Of a stretch of 64,000 nucleotides of DNA, positions 27,501 through 48,120 are shown piece by piece. The DNA lies in the NCBI RefSeq assembly GCF_009914755.1, contig NC_060947.1; one strand, given 5' to 3'. How positions within the stretch are numbered: the first letter of the stretch is position 1; every line of letters begins with the position of its first letter. A program made the translations under genes and the position numbers. Origin of the DNA: the human T2T-CHM13v2.0 reference genome, Homo sapiens. The notes beneath the pieces were generated by a model. It saw only the letters and a program-made list of their open reading frames with translations, was not told the DNA's origin and ran no database searches.

Positions 27501-30500
27501 GGAAACAGTCTTTTCATACAATCTGCAAAAGGGATATTTGAGAGCGCTTTGAGGCCTATGGTGAAAAAGGAAGTATCTTCAAATAAAAACTAGACAGATG
27601 CTTTCTGAGACACTTCTTTGTGATGTGAGCATGCATCTCAGAGAGTTGAACCTTTCTTTTTATTGAGCAGTTTAGAACCAGTCTTTTTGTGGAATCTGCA
27701 AAGGGATAATTGTGGGCGCTTTGAGGTCTATGGTGAAAAAAGAAATATCTTCACAAGAAAACTAGACAGAAACTTTCTGAGAAACATCTTTCTTATGTGT
27801 GCATTCGTCTCACAGAGTTGAACACTTCTTTGGATTGAGTAGTTTGGAAACAGTCTTTTTGTAGAATGTGCAAAGGGATATCTGTGAACGCTTTGATGCC
27901 TACAGTGAAAAAGGAAATATCTTCACATAAAAACCAGACAGAAACTTTCTGAGAAATTTCTTTGCAATGTGTGCATTCATCTGATAGGGCTGAACCTTTC
28001 TTTTGATTGAGCAGTTTGAAAACAGTCCGTTTGCACAATCTGCAAACGGATAATTGTGGGCGCTTTGAGGCCTATGGAGAAAAAGGAAATATCTTCACAT
28101 AAAAACTAGACAGAAACATTCTGAGAGACTTCTTTGTGTTGTGTGCTTTCATCTCACAGAGTTGAAATTTTCTTTTGATCGAGCAGTTTAGAAACAGTCT
28201 TTTTGTAGAATTTGCAAAGGGATATTGGAGAGCGCTTTGAGGCCTATGGTGAAAAAGGAAGTATCTTCACATAAAAACTAGATAGATGCTTTCTGAGAAA
28301 CTTCTTTGTGATGTGTTCATGCATCTCACAGAGTTGAACCTTTCTTTTTATTGAGCAACTTAAAATAAGTCTTTTTGTGGAACCTGTAAAGGGATAATTG
28401 TGGGCACTTTGAGGCCTATGGTGGAAAAGGAAATATCTTCACAAGAAAATTAGACAGAGGCTTTCTGAGAAACTTCTTTTTGATGTGTGCATTCAGCTCA
28501 CAGAGTTGAACACTTCTTTTGATTGAGTAGGTTGGAAACAGTCTTTTTGTGGAATCTGCAAAGGATATTTATGAGTGATTTGAGGCCTATGGTGAGAAAG
28601 GAAATATCTTCACATAAAAACTAGACAGAAGCTTTCTGAGAAACTTCTTTGTGATGTATGCATGCATCTCACAGAGTTGAACTTTTCCTTTGTTTGAGCA
28701 GTTTGGAAACAGTTTTTTTGTACAATCTGAAAAGGGATATTTGTGAGCACTTTGAAGCCTATGGTGAAAAAATAAATATCTTCAAATAAAAACTAGACAG
28801 AAGGTTTCTGAGAAATTATTTTGTGATGTATGCCTACACCTCACAGAGGTAAAGGTTTCTTTTCATTGAGCAGATTGGAAACTCTGTTCTTGTGGAATCT
28901 GCAAAGGGATATCTGTGAGTGCTTTGAGGCCGATGGTGAAAAAGGAAATGTCTTCACAAAAAAAGCTAGACAGAAGCTTTCTGAGACATTTCTTTGTGAT
29001 GTGTGCATTCATCTAACAGAGTTGAAAATTTCTTTTGATTGAGCAGTTTGAAAACAGTCTGTTTGTAGAATCTGCAAAGGGATAATTGTGGGCGCTTTGA
29101 GGCGTATGGTGAAAAAGGGAATATCTTCACATAAAAACTAGAAAGGAGCAGTTGAGAAACTTCTTTCTGATGTGTGCATGCATCTCACAGGGGTGAAACT
29201 TTCTTTTCATTGAGCAGATTAGAAACAGTCATTTTGTAGAATCTGCAAAGGGATATTTGTGAGCCCTTTGAGGCCTATGGTGAAATAGGAAATATCTTCA
29301 CGTAAAAACTAGACAGAAGCGTTCTCAGAAACTTCTTTGTGATGGGTGCATTCATCTCACAGAGTTGAAGTTTTCTTTTGATTGAGCAGTTTGGAAACGG
29401 TCTTTTAGTAGAATCTGCAAATGGATATTTGTGAGACCTTTGAGGCCTATGATGAAAAAGGAAGTATCTTCACATAAAAACTACACAGAAGGTTTCTGAG
29501 AAGCTGCTTTGTGATGTGTGGATTCATCTCAAAGAGGTAAATGTTGCTCTTTATGGAGCAGATTGGAAACTCTGTTCTTGTAGAATCTGCAAAGGGATGT
29601 TTGTGAGTGCTTTGAGGCCTATGGTGAAAAAGGAAATATCCTCACATAAAAAGTAGACAGAAGCATTCTGAGAAACTTCTTTGTGATGTGTGCATTCATC
29701 TCACAGAGTTGAACCTTTCTCTTGATTGAGCAGTATGGAAACAGTCTTTGTGGAGAATCTGCAAAGGGATATTTGTGAGCCCCTTGAAGCCTATGGTGAA
29801 AAAGGAAATATCTTCACATAAAAACTAAATAGAAGCTTTCTGAGAAACTTCTTTGTGATGTGCTCATTCATCTGAAAGAGGTAAACGCTCCTTTTCTTTG
29901 AGCAGGTTGAAAACTCTCATCTTGGAGAATCTGAAAGGAATATTTGTGAGCGCTTTGAGGCCTATGCTGGAAAAGGAAATATCTTCACGTAAAAACTAGA
30001 CAGAAAATTTCTGAGATATTTCTTTGTGATGTGTCAATTCATATCAAAGAATTGAATCTTTCTTTTGATTCAGCAGTTTGGAAACATTCTTTTTGTAGAA
30101 TCTGCAATGGGATATTTGTGAACCCTTTGAGGCCTATGGTGAAAAAGGAGATATCTTCACATAAAAATTAGACAGAAGGTTTCTGAGAAATTATTTGTGA
30201 TGTGCGCATTCATGCCACAGTGGTAAAAGTTTCTTTTCCTTGAGCTGACTGGAACCTCTCTTCTTGTAGAATCTACAGAGATATTTTTGAGCCATTTGAG
30301 GCCTACAGTGAAAAAGGAAATATCTTCCCACAAAAACCAGACAGAAGGATTCAGAGAAAATGATTTGTGATGTGTGCATTCATCTCACAGAGATAAACGT
30401 TTCCTCTGATTGAGGAGATTGGCATCTTTTTTCTTGTGCAATCTGCAATGGGATATTTGTGAGTGCTTTGATACCCATGGTGTAAAAGGAAACATCCTCA

Positions 30501-32116
30501 CAGGAAAACTAAACAGAAGCTTTCTGAGAAACCTCTTTGTGTTGTGTGTATTCATCTCTCAGAGTTGAACTTTTCTTTTGATTGAGCAGTTTGGAAACAG
30601 TCTTCTTGTAGCATTTGCAAATGGATATTTGTGAGCGGTTTGAGGCCTATGGTGAAACAGGAAATATCTTCACATAAAAACAGGACAGAAGCTTTCTGAA
30701 ACACTTCTTTATGATGTGTGCATTCACCTCACAGAGTTGAAGATTTCTTCTGATTAAGCAGTTTGGAAAGAGTCTTTTTGGAGAATCTGCAAAGGGATAT
30801 TTGTGAGCCCTTTGAGGCCTATGGTGAAAAAGGAAATATCTTCACATAAAAATGAGACAGAAGATTCTGAGAAACTTCTTTGTGATGTGTGCATTCACCT
30901 CACAAAGTTGAACCTTTCTTTTGATTGAGCAGTTTCGAGGCATTCTTTTTGTAGAATCTCAAAAGAGATATTTGTAGTCCCTTTGAGGCCTATGGTGAAA
31001 AAGGAAATATCTTCACATAAAAACTAGACAGAAGGTTTCTGAGAAACTGTTTGTGAAGTGTGCATTCATGTCACAGTGGTAAAAGTTTCTTTGCATTGAG
31101 CAGATTGGAACCTCTGTTCTTGTAGAATCTACAAAGGGATACTTGTGAGCTCTTTGAGCACTATTGTGAAAAAGGAAATATTGTCACATAAAAATTAGAC
31201 AGAAGCATTATGAGAAACTTCTTTGTGATGTGTTCATTCATTTCTCATAGTTGAACCTTTCTTTTGATTGAGCAGTTTGGAAACAGTTTTTTTGTAGAAT
31301 TTGCAAAGGGATATTTCTGAGTGGTTTGAGGACTATGGTGTAAAAGGAAATATCTTCACATAAAAATGAGACAGAAGCTTTCTGAGAAACTTCCTTATGA
31401 TGTGTGCATTCACTTAACAGAGTTGAAGCTTTCTTTTGATTAAGCAGTTTGGAGAGTCTTCTTGTAGAATCTGCAATGGGATATTTTTGAGCACTTTGAG
31501 GCCTGTGGTGAAAAAGGAAATATCTTAACACAAAAAGTAGACTGAAGTGTTCTGAGAAACTTCTTTGTGATGTCCACATTCACCTCACAGGTTTGAACCT
31601 TTGTTTGATTAAGCAGTTTGGAAACCATCTTTTTGTAGAATCTGCAAAGGGATATTTGTGAGCGGCTTGAGGCCTATGGTGAAAAAGGAACTATCTTCAT
31701 AAAAACTAGAAAGAAGTTTTCTTAGAAACTTCTCTGTTATGCGTGCATTTGCCTCACAGAACTGAACCTTTCTTTTCATTGAGCTATTAGGAAACAGTCT
31801 TTTTGTAGAATCTGCAAAAGGATATTTGTGAGCGCTTTGAGGTCTACGGTGAAAAAAGAAATATCTTCACATACAAACTAGACAGAAGGTTTCTGTGAAA
31901 GTTATTTGTGATGTGGGCATTCATCTCACAGAGTTGAACCTTTCTTTTGATTGAACAGTTTGGAAACAGTGTTTTTGTGGAGTCTGCAAAGGGATATTTG
32001 TGAGTGGTTTGAGGCCTAATGCGATCAAGGAAATATCTTCACATAAAAACTGGACAGAAGCTTTCTGAGAAACTTCTTTGCGATGTGTGCATTCATCTCA
32101 AAGAGTTGAAATTTTC
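24586..32116 (+). repeat. Monomeric alpha satellite (~172 bp), plus orientation
   Basis: Repeating GAGGCCTATGGTGAAAAAGGAAATATCTTCACATAAAAACTAGACAGAAGCTTTCTGAGAAACTTCTTTGTGATGTGTGCATTCATCTCACAGAGTTGAAC. The A-box/pJalpha motif CTATGGTGAAAAAGGAA is present and no CENP-B box was seen. Confidence 0.97.
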
Positions 32117-34532
<2,416 letters not shown>

Positions 34533-34540
34533 ACTTTCTT

Positions 34541-35172
34541 TTTTTAATGTAAATTCTATGAAAATTTGTTCTGCTTTCACATTCATTTATAACTATTATG
34601 TCCACTAATTTAAAGGATATTTGTCTTATAACAGTCCTCAAATTCCTTGCTTTCCAGTTTAAAATAGTTTTATTTTAACCCACCCTCTCTCCTTTCCTTT
34701 CTGTCTTAGAGGAGGAGGGAGATGTGCACCTCGTTTCTTTCTGTTGCATCTTTTTCTTTTTTCCAAAGCATATTTTATTATTATTAGACTTTAAGTTTTA
34801 GGGTACATGAGCACAATGTGCAGGTTGGTTACATATGTATACATGTGCCATGCTGGTGTGCTGCACCCATTAACTCATCATTTAGCATGAGGTATATCTC
34901 CTAATGCTATCCCTCCCCCCACCCCCCACCGCAAACAGTCCCCAGAGTGTGATGTTCCCCTTCCTGTGTCCATGTGTTCTCATTGTTCAATTCCCACCTA
35001 TGAATGAGAACATGCAGTGTTTGGTTTTTTGTCCTTGCTATAGTTAACTGAGAATGATGATTTCCAATTTCATCCATGCCCCTACAAAGGACATGAACTC
35101 ATCATTTCTTATGGCTGCATAGTATTCCATGGTGTATATGTGCCACATTTTCTTAATTCAGTCTATCATTGT
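34541..35172 (-). mobile_element. Short 5'-truncated L1 (roughly L1PA3-like, 'L1-B') with ~205 bp of probable 3'-transduced unique DNA
   Basis: The L1 3' end lies on the minus strand at 35172-~34786, with an A-rich tail at ~34751-34785. Non-L1, non-satellite sequence follows at 34546-34750, then a second T-run at 34539-34545. The unit is flanked by identical TGGAAACTTTCTT at 34528-34540 and 35172-35184. Confidence 0.85.
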
Positions 35173-38100
35173 GGAAACTTTCTTCTGATTGAGCAGTTTG
35201 GACACATTATTTTTGTGGATTCTGCAAAGGGATATTTGTGAGTGCTTTGAGGCCTATGGTGAAAAAGGATATATCTTCACATAAAAACTACACAGAAGCT
35301 TTCTGTGATACTTCTTTGTGATGTGTGCATTCATCTCAAAGAGGTGAACCTTTCTTTTGATTGAGGAGTGTTTTCTGAGAAACTGCTTTGTGATGTGCAC
35401 ATTCATCTCAGAGAAGTAAACATTTCTTTTCATTGAGCAGATTGGAGAATTTGTTCTTGTGGAATCTGCAAAGGGATATTTGTGAGTGCTTGGTATGCTA
35501 TGGTAAAAAAAGGAAATATCTTCACATAAAAACTAGGCAGAAGCTTTCTGAGTATCTTCTTTGTGATGTGTGCATTCATGTCACAGAGTTGAAACTTTCT
35601 TTTGATTGGGGTGTTTGGGAACAGTCTTCTGGTAGACTCTGCAAAGTGACACTTGTGAGCAGTTTGAGGACTGTGGTGAAAAATGTGAAAAATGAAATAT
35701 CTTTATATAAAAATGACACAGAAACTTTCTGAGAAACTTCTCCATTTTGTGTGCATTCATCCCACAGAGTTGAACCTTTCTTTTGATTGAGCAGTTTGGA
35801 AACAGTCTTTTTGCAGAATCTGCAAATGGATATTTGTGAGCTGTTTGAGGCCTGTGGTGAAAAAAAAATATCTTCACATAAAAATTAGACAGAAGCTTTC
35901 TGAGGTACTGTTTTGTGATGTGTGTATTCATCTCAGAGAGTTGAACCTTTCTTTTGATTGAGGAGTTTGGAAACACTCTTTGTAGAATCTGCAAAAGGAT
36001 ATTTTTGAGCCCTTTGAGGCCTATGGTGAAAAAGGAAATATCTTCACAGAAAAACTATACAGAAGGTCTCTGAGAAACTGCTTTGTGATGTGTGAATTTA
36101 TCTCACAGAGTTAAACGTTTCTTTACATTGAGCAGATTGGAAACTTTGTTCTTGTAGAATCTGCAAAGGGATATTTGTGAGTGCTTTGAGGCCTGTAGTG
36201 TAAAAGGAAATTTCTTCACATAAAGACTAGACAGAAGCTTTCTGAGAAACTTATTTGTGATGGGTGCCTTCAGGTCACAGAGTTCAACCTTTCTTTTGGG
36301 TGAGCTGTTTGGGAACAGTCTGCTGGTAGACTCTGCAAAGGGATATTTGTGAGCAGTTTGAGAACTATGGTGAAAAAGGAAATATCTTCACATAACAATT
36401 AGACAGGAGGTTTCTCAGATACTGCTTTATGATGTGTGCAATCATCTCACAGAGGTAAACATTTCTTTTCATTGAGCAGATTGAAACCTCTCTTCCTGTA
36501 GAATCTGCAAAGGGATATTTCTGAGCACTTTAAGGACTACGGTGGAAATTAAAATATCTTCTTATAAATACTAGACAGACGGTTTCTGAGAAACTTCTTT
36601 GTGTTGCGTGCGTTCATCTCACAGAGTTGAGCATTTCTTTTTATTGAGAAGTTTGGAAATAGTCTTTTTGTACTATCTGCCAAGGTATATTTGTGAGTTG
36701 TTTGAGACCTATGGTGAAAAAGGAAATCTCTTCACATAAAAACTAGACAGTAGCTTTCTGAGAAACTTCTTTGTGATGTGTGCTTTCATCTCACAGAGTT
36801 GAACCATTCTTTTGATTGTGCAGTTTGGAAACAGTCTTTTCGTAGAATCTGCAAATGTATGTTTGGGGCGCTTTTAGGCCTATGGTGAAAAAGGAAATAT
36901 CTTCACGTGAAAACTATACAGAAGGATTCTGAGAAACTGATTTGTGATGTGTGCATTCATCTCACAGAGGTAAACGTTTCTTTTAATTGAGCAGATTGGA
37001 GAATTTCTTCTTTTGGCATCAGTAAAAGTATTTTTGTGAGCCCATTGAGCCCTATGTTAAAAAAGGAAATATCTTCACATAAAAACTAGACAGAAGCTTT
37101 CTGAGAATGTTCTTTGTGATGTGTGCATTCATGTCACAGAGTTGAACTTTTCTTTTGATAGAGGTGTTTGGGAACAGTCTTTTTGTGGACTCTGCAAAGG
37201 GATATTTGTGAGCGGTTTGAGGATTATGGTGAAAAAGGAAATATCTTCACATAAAAACTAGAAAGAAGCTTTCTGAGAAACTTCTTTGTGATGGGTGCAT
37301 TCATCTCACTGATATGAAACTTTCTTTTGATTGAGCAGTTTGGAAACAGTCTTTTCATAAAATCTGCAAAGGGATATTTCTGAGTGTTTTGAGGCCAATG
37401 GTGAAAAAGGAAATATCTTCACTTAAAAACTAGACAGAAGATTTATGAGAGACTTCATTGTGTTGTGTGCTTTCATCTCACAGAGGTTAACGTCTCTTTT
37501 CATTGAGCAGATTGGAATCTCTGTCATTGCAGAACCTGCAAAGGGACATTTGTGAGCCCTTTGAGGCCTATGCTGAAAAAGGAAACATCTTCACGTAAAA
37601 AATAGATGGAAGTTTTCTGAGAAACTGCTTTGTGATGTGTGAATTCAACTCACAGAGGTAAAAGTTTCTTTTCATTGAGCAGATTGGAAACTCTGTTCAT
37701 GTAGAATCTGCAAAGGGACATTTGTGAGTGCTTTGAGTCCTATGGTGAAAAAGGAAATATCTTAACAAAAAAAACTAGACAGAAGCTTTCTGAGAAACTT
37801 CTTTGTGCTGTGTGCATTCATCTCCCAGTGGTAAACATTGCTTTTCATTCAGCAGATTGAAAACAGTTCATGTAGAATCTACAAAGGGATATTTGTGAGC
37901 ACTTTGAGGCCTAAGGTGAAACTGGACATACCATCACTTAAAAAATAGACAGAAGACTTCTGAGAACCTTCTTTGTGATGTGTGCATTCATCTCACCGAG
38001 TCGAACCTTTCTTTGATTGAGTAGTTTGGAAATAGTCTTTTTGTAGAAACTTCAACGGGATATTTGTGGGCGATTTTAGGGGTATGGTGAAAAAGGAAAT

Positions 38101-38751
38101 GTCTTCACATAAAAACTAGACAGAAGCTTTTTGTGAAACTTCTTTGTGATGTGTGCATTCATCTCACAGAGTTGAACCTTTCTTTTGATTGAGCAGTTTG
38201 GAAACAGTCTTTTTGTAGAATCTGCAAACGGATATTTGTGAGCAGTTTGAGGCCTATGGTTGAAAAGGAAATATCTTCAAAAAAAAACTAGACAGAAGGT
38301 TTCTGAGAAACTTGTTTGTGCTGTGTGCATTCATCTCCCAGAGTTGAAAATTTCTTTTGGTTGAACAGTTTGGAGACAGTCTTTCTGTGGAATCTACAAA
38401 GGGATATTTGTGACCCCTTTGCGGTCTATGGTGAAAAGGGAAATATCTTCCCATAAAAGCTAGACAGAAGCCTTATGAGAAACTTCTTTGTGATGTGTGC
38501 ATTCATGTCACAGAGTTGAAAATTTCTTTTGAATGTGCAGTTTGCAGTCTGTCTTCTTATATAATCCTCAAAGAGATATTTCTGACCCATTTGAGGTCTG
38601 TGGTAAAAAAGGAAATATCTTCACATAAAAACTAGACAGAAACGTTCTGAGAAAATATTTTGTGATGTGTGCATGCATCTCACAGAGAAGACCCTTTCTG
38701 TTGATTGAGGAGTTTGGAAAGAGTCTGTCTGCAGAGTCTGCACTGGGAGAA
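35173..38751 (+). repeat. Monomeric alpha satellite, plus orientation
   Basis: The satellite resumes in register (GAAACTTTCTTCTGATTGAGCAG) with the monomer interrupted at 32116. Confidence 0.96.
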
Positions 38752-41700
38752 AAATATCCCTTTGCAGACTCTACAAAAAGACGTTTCCAAACTGCTCAAT
38801 CATAAGAAAGGTTCAACTTTGTGAGATGAAAGCACACATCATAAAGAAGTTTCTCAGAAAGCTTCTGTCTAGTTTTTACATGAAGATATTTCAGTTTTCA
38901 CCATAGGCCTCAAAGGGCTCACAAATATCCCTTCGCAGATTCTACAAAAAGGCTATTTCCAAAGTGCTCAATCTAGAGAAAGTTTCACCTCTTGAGATGA
39001 AAGGACATATCACAAAGAAGTTTCTCAGAAGTTTCTGTCTGGTGTTAAAGTGAAGAAATTTCCTATTTCAACATAGGCCTCAATGGGTTCTCAAATATCC
39101 CTTTGCAGATTCTACAAAAAGACTCTTTCCAAACTGCACAATCAAAAGAAAGCTTCTACTCTGTGAGATGAATGGACACAACATGAAGAAGTTTCTAAGA
39201 ATTCTTCTGTCTAGTTTTTATGTTTAGATATTTCCTTTTTCTTTATAGGCCTCAAACTGCTCACAAATATCCCTCTGCAGATTATACAAAAAGACTATTT
39301 CCAAACTGCTCAATAAAAAGAAAACTTCAACTCTGTGAGATGAATGCACACATCCCTAAGAAGTTTCTAAGAAAACTTCTGTATAGTTTTTAAATGAAGA
39401 CATTTCCTTTTTCACAATAGGAAGCAAAGCGCTTCAAATACCCTTTTGCAGATTCTCCAAAAAGACTGTTTCCAAACTGCTCAATGAAAAGAAAGGTTAA
39501 CCTCTGTGAGATGAGTGCAAACATCACAAAGAAATTTCTCAAAAACCTTCTGTCTAGATTTTATGTGAAGATATTTCCTTTTTCACCACAGGCCTCAAAC
39601 CGCTCACAAATATCTCTCTGCAGATTCTACAAAAAGACCCTTTTCAAACTGCTCAATCAGAAGAAAGTTTCAACTCTGTGAGGTGAAAGAAAACATCACT
39701 AAGAAGTTTCTTGGAAACTTTCTGTTTCGTTTTTATGTGAAGATATTTCCTTTTTCACCATAGGCCTCCAAGCGTTCCAAATATCCATTTCTAGATTCTT
39801 CAAAAAGACTGTTTCCAAACTGCTCAATCAAAAGAAAGGTTCAACTCTGTGAGATGAATGCACACATCACAAAGAAGTTTCTCAAAGAGCTTCTCTCTGG
39901 TTATTATGTGAAGATATTTTCTTTTTCACCATTGGCCTCAAACCGCTCACAAATAGCCCTCTGCAGATTATACAAAAAGACTGTTTCCAAACTGCTCAAA
40001 AGAAAGGTTCAACTCTGTGAGATGAATGCGCACATCAAAAATAAGTTTCTTAGAATGCTTCTATCTAGTTTTTATTTGAAGCTATTTCCTTTTTCACCAT
40101 AGGCCTCTATCCACTTACAAATATCCCTCCACAGATTCTACAAAAAGACTGTTTCCATACTGCTCAATGAAAAGAAAGTTTCATCTCCATGAGATGAATG
40201 CACACATCACAAAGAAGTTTCTCAGAAAGCTTCTGTCTAGTTTTCATGTGAAGATATTTCCTTTTTCACCGTAGTCCTAAAAGCACTCCAAATATCCATT
40301 TGCAGATTCTACAATAAGACTGTTTCCAAACTGCTCAATCAATAGAAAGGTTCAACTCTGTGAGATGAAAGCACAAATCACAAAGAAATTTCTCAGAAAG
40401 CTTCTATCTACTTTTTATATGAAGATATTTCCTTTTCACCGTAGGCCTCAAAAAGCTCACAAATAGCCCTATGCAGATTCTACAAAAAGACTGTTTTCAA
40501 ACAACTCACTCAAAAGAAAGGACCGACCCTGTGAGATGAATACACACATCACAAAGAAATTTCTCAGAAAGCTTCTGTCTAATTTTTATGTGAAGATATA
40601 TCCTTTTTCACCATAGGCCTCAAAGCGCTCCTGATACCCATTTGCAGACTCTACAAAAGGACTGTTTCCAAACTGCTCAATGAAAAGAAAGGTTCAACTC
40701 TGTGAGATGAATGCAAACTTCACAAAGTAGTTTCTCACAAATCTTCTGTCTAGTTTTTTCATGAGGATATTTCCTTTTTCACCATGGGCCTCAAACTGCT
40801 AATATCTCTCTGCATATTCTACAAAAAGAATGTTTCCAAACTGCTCAATCAAAATAAAGGTTCAGCTCTGTTAGATGAAAGCACAGATCAGAAAGTAGTT
40901 TCTCAGAAAGCTTCTGTCAAGTTTTTATTTAAAGTTATTTCCTTTTTCACCATAGGCCTCAAAGCGCTCAAAATATCCTTTTGCAGGTTCTCCAAAAAGA
41001 CTGATTCCAAACTGCACAATAAAAAGAAAGTTTCATCCCTGTGTGATGAAAGCACACATCAGAAAGAAGTTTCTCAGAAAGCTTCTGTCTAGTTTTTATG
41101 TGAAGATATTTCCTTTTTCACCATAGACCTCAAATCACTCACAAATATCCCCTTGCATATTCTATAAGAACAGAGTTTCCATTCTGCTCAATGAAAAGAA
41201 ATGTTTAACTCTGTGAGATGAGTGCACACATCACAAAGAAGTTTCTCAGAAAGCTTCTGTCTAGTTGTTATGTGAAGATATTTCCTATTTCATCTTAGGC
41301 CTCGAAGAGTTCAGAAATATCCCACGGCAGATTCTCCAAAAAGACTGCTTCCAAACTGCTCAATCAAAAGAAAGGTTCGACTCGGTGAGGTGAATGCACA
41401 CTTCTCAAAGCAACTTCTCAGAAAGCTTCTGTCTGGTTTCTATGTGAAGATATTTCCTTTTTCACCATACGCTGCAAATCACTCACAAATATCCCTTTGC
41501 AGATTCTACCAAAAGACTGTTTCCAAACTCTTCAATCAAAAGAAATGTTCAAATCTGTGAGTTGAATGCAGACATCACAAAGAAGTTTCTAAGAATATTT
41601 CTGTCTACTTTTTTTTGTGAATATATATCCTTTTTCACCACAGGCCTCAAAGGATTCACAATTATCCCTATCCAGATTCTACAAAAATACTGTTTTCAAA

Positions 41701-43463
41701 CTGCTCAATCCAATAAAGATTCAGAAAGACTGTTTCCACACTCCTCGATCAAAAGAAAGGTTCAATTCTGTGAGATGAATGCACACATCACAAAGAAGTA
41801 TCACAGAGAGCTTCTGTCTACTTTCTATGTGAAGAAATTGCCTTTTTCAACATAGACCTCAAAGCACTCACAAATATCCCATGGCAGATTCTAGAAGAAC
41901 AGAGTTTCCAATCTGCTCAATGAAAAGAAACGTTTACTTCTGTGAGATGAATGGAAACATCACAAAACAGTTTCTCAGAAACCTTCTGTCTAGTATTTAT
42001 GTGAAGATACTTCCTTTTTCACCATAGGCCTCAAAGTGCTCACAAATATCCCTTTGCAGATTCTACAAAAAGACTGTTTCCAAACTTCTCAATCAAAAGA
42101 AAGGGTCAACTCTGTGACATGAGCACACACATCACAAAGAAGTTTCCTAGAAAGCTTCTGTCTAGCTTTTATGTGAAGATATTTCCTTTTTTGCCATAGG
42201 CCTGAAATTGCTCACAAATACCCCTTGGCAGATTCTACAAAAAGAGTGTTTCCAAACTTCTCAAAAGAAAGGTTAAACTCTGTGAGGTGAATGCACACAT
42301 CAGAGGAAAGTTTCTCAGAAAGCTTCTGTCTGGTTTTTATGTGAAGATACTGCCTTTTTCACCATAGGCCACAAAATCCTCACAAATATCACTTTGCAGA
42401 TTCTAAATGAACAGATTTTCCAATCTACTCATTGAAAAGAAACGTTTAACTCTGTGAGATGAATGCAGACATTACAAAGCAGTTTCTCAGAAATGTTCTG
42501 TCTAGTTTTTTTTTGAAGATTTTTCCTTTTTCACCATAAGCCTCAAAGGGCTCACAAACGGCCCCTTGCACATTCTACAAAAAGACTATTTCCAATCTGC
42601 TCAAAGGAAAGTTTCAACTCTGTGAGATGAATGAACCCATCACAAAGCAGTTTCTCAGAAACATTCTTTCTAGTTATTAGGTGAAGATATGCCCTTTTTC
42701 AGCATAGGCCTCAAAATGCTCACAAATATCCCTTTGTAGATTCTACAGATAGACTGTTTCCAATCTGCTCAAGGAAAAGAAATGTTACCTCTGTGTGAGG
42801 AATGCACTAATCAGAAAGCAGTTTCTCAGTAACTTTCTGTCTAGTGTTTATGTGAAGATATTTCATTTTCACCATAGGCCTCAATGTGCTCACAAATATC
42901 CCTTTGCAGATTCTACAAACAGACTGTTTCCAAACTCCTCAATCAACAGAAAGGGTCTTCTCTGTGAGACAAATGCACACGAAACAAAATATTTTCTCAG
43001 AAAGCTTCTGTCTAGTTTTTACGTGAAGATATTTCCGTTTTCACCGTAGGCCTCAAAGTGCTCACAAAATATTTTCTCAGAACGTTTCTGTCTAGTTTTT
43101 ATGTGAAGATATTTCCTTTTTTACCACAGGCCTCAAATGGGTCAGAAATATCCCTTTGCAGATTATATAAGAAGGCAGACTGCAAACTGCACATTCAAAA
43201 GAAATTTTCAACTCTGTCACATGAATGCACACATCACAAAGAAGTTTCTCATAAGGCTTCTATCTAGCTTTTATGGGAAGATATTTCCTTTTTCACCATA
43301 GGCCTCAAAGGGGTCAAAAATATCCCTTTGTAGATTCCACAGAAAGACTGTCTCCAAAGTGCTCAATCAAAAGAAAATTTCAACCCTGTGAGATGAATGC
43401 ACACATCACAAACAAGTTTCTCAGAAACCTTCTGTCTAGTTTTATTTTGAAGATATTTCCTTT
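38752..43463 (-). repeat. Inverted segment of monomeric alpha satellite (~4.7 kb)
   Basis: Monomers read AAATATCCCTTTGCAGA...CCAAACTGCTCAATCAAAAG (reverse complement) from 38752. Orientation switches back at ...GATATTTCCTTT|GCACTTTGAGG (43463/43464). Confidence 0.95.
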
Positions 43464-48120
<4,657 letters not shown>

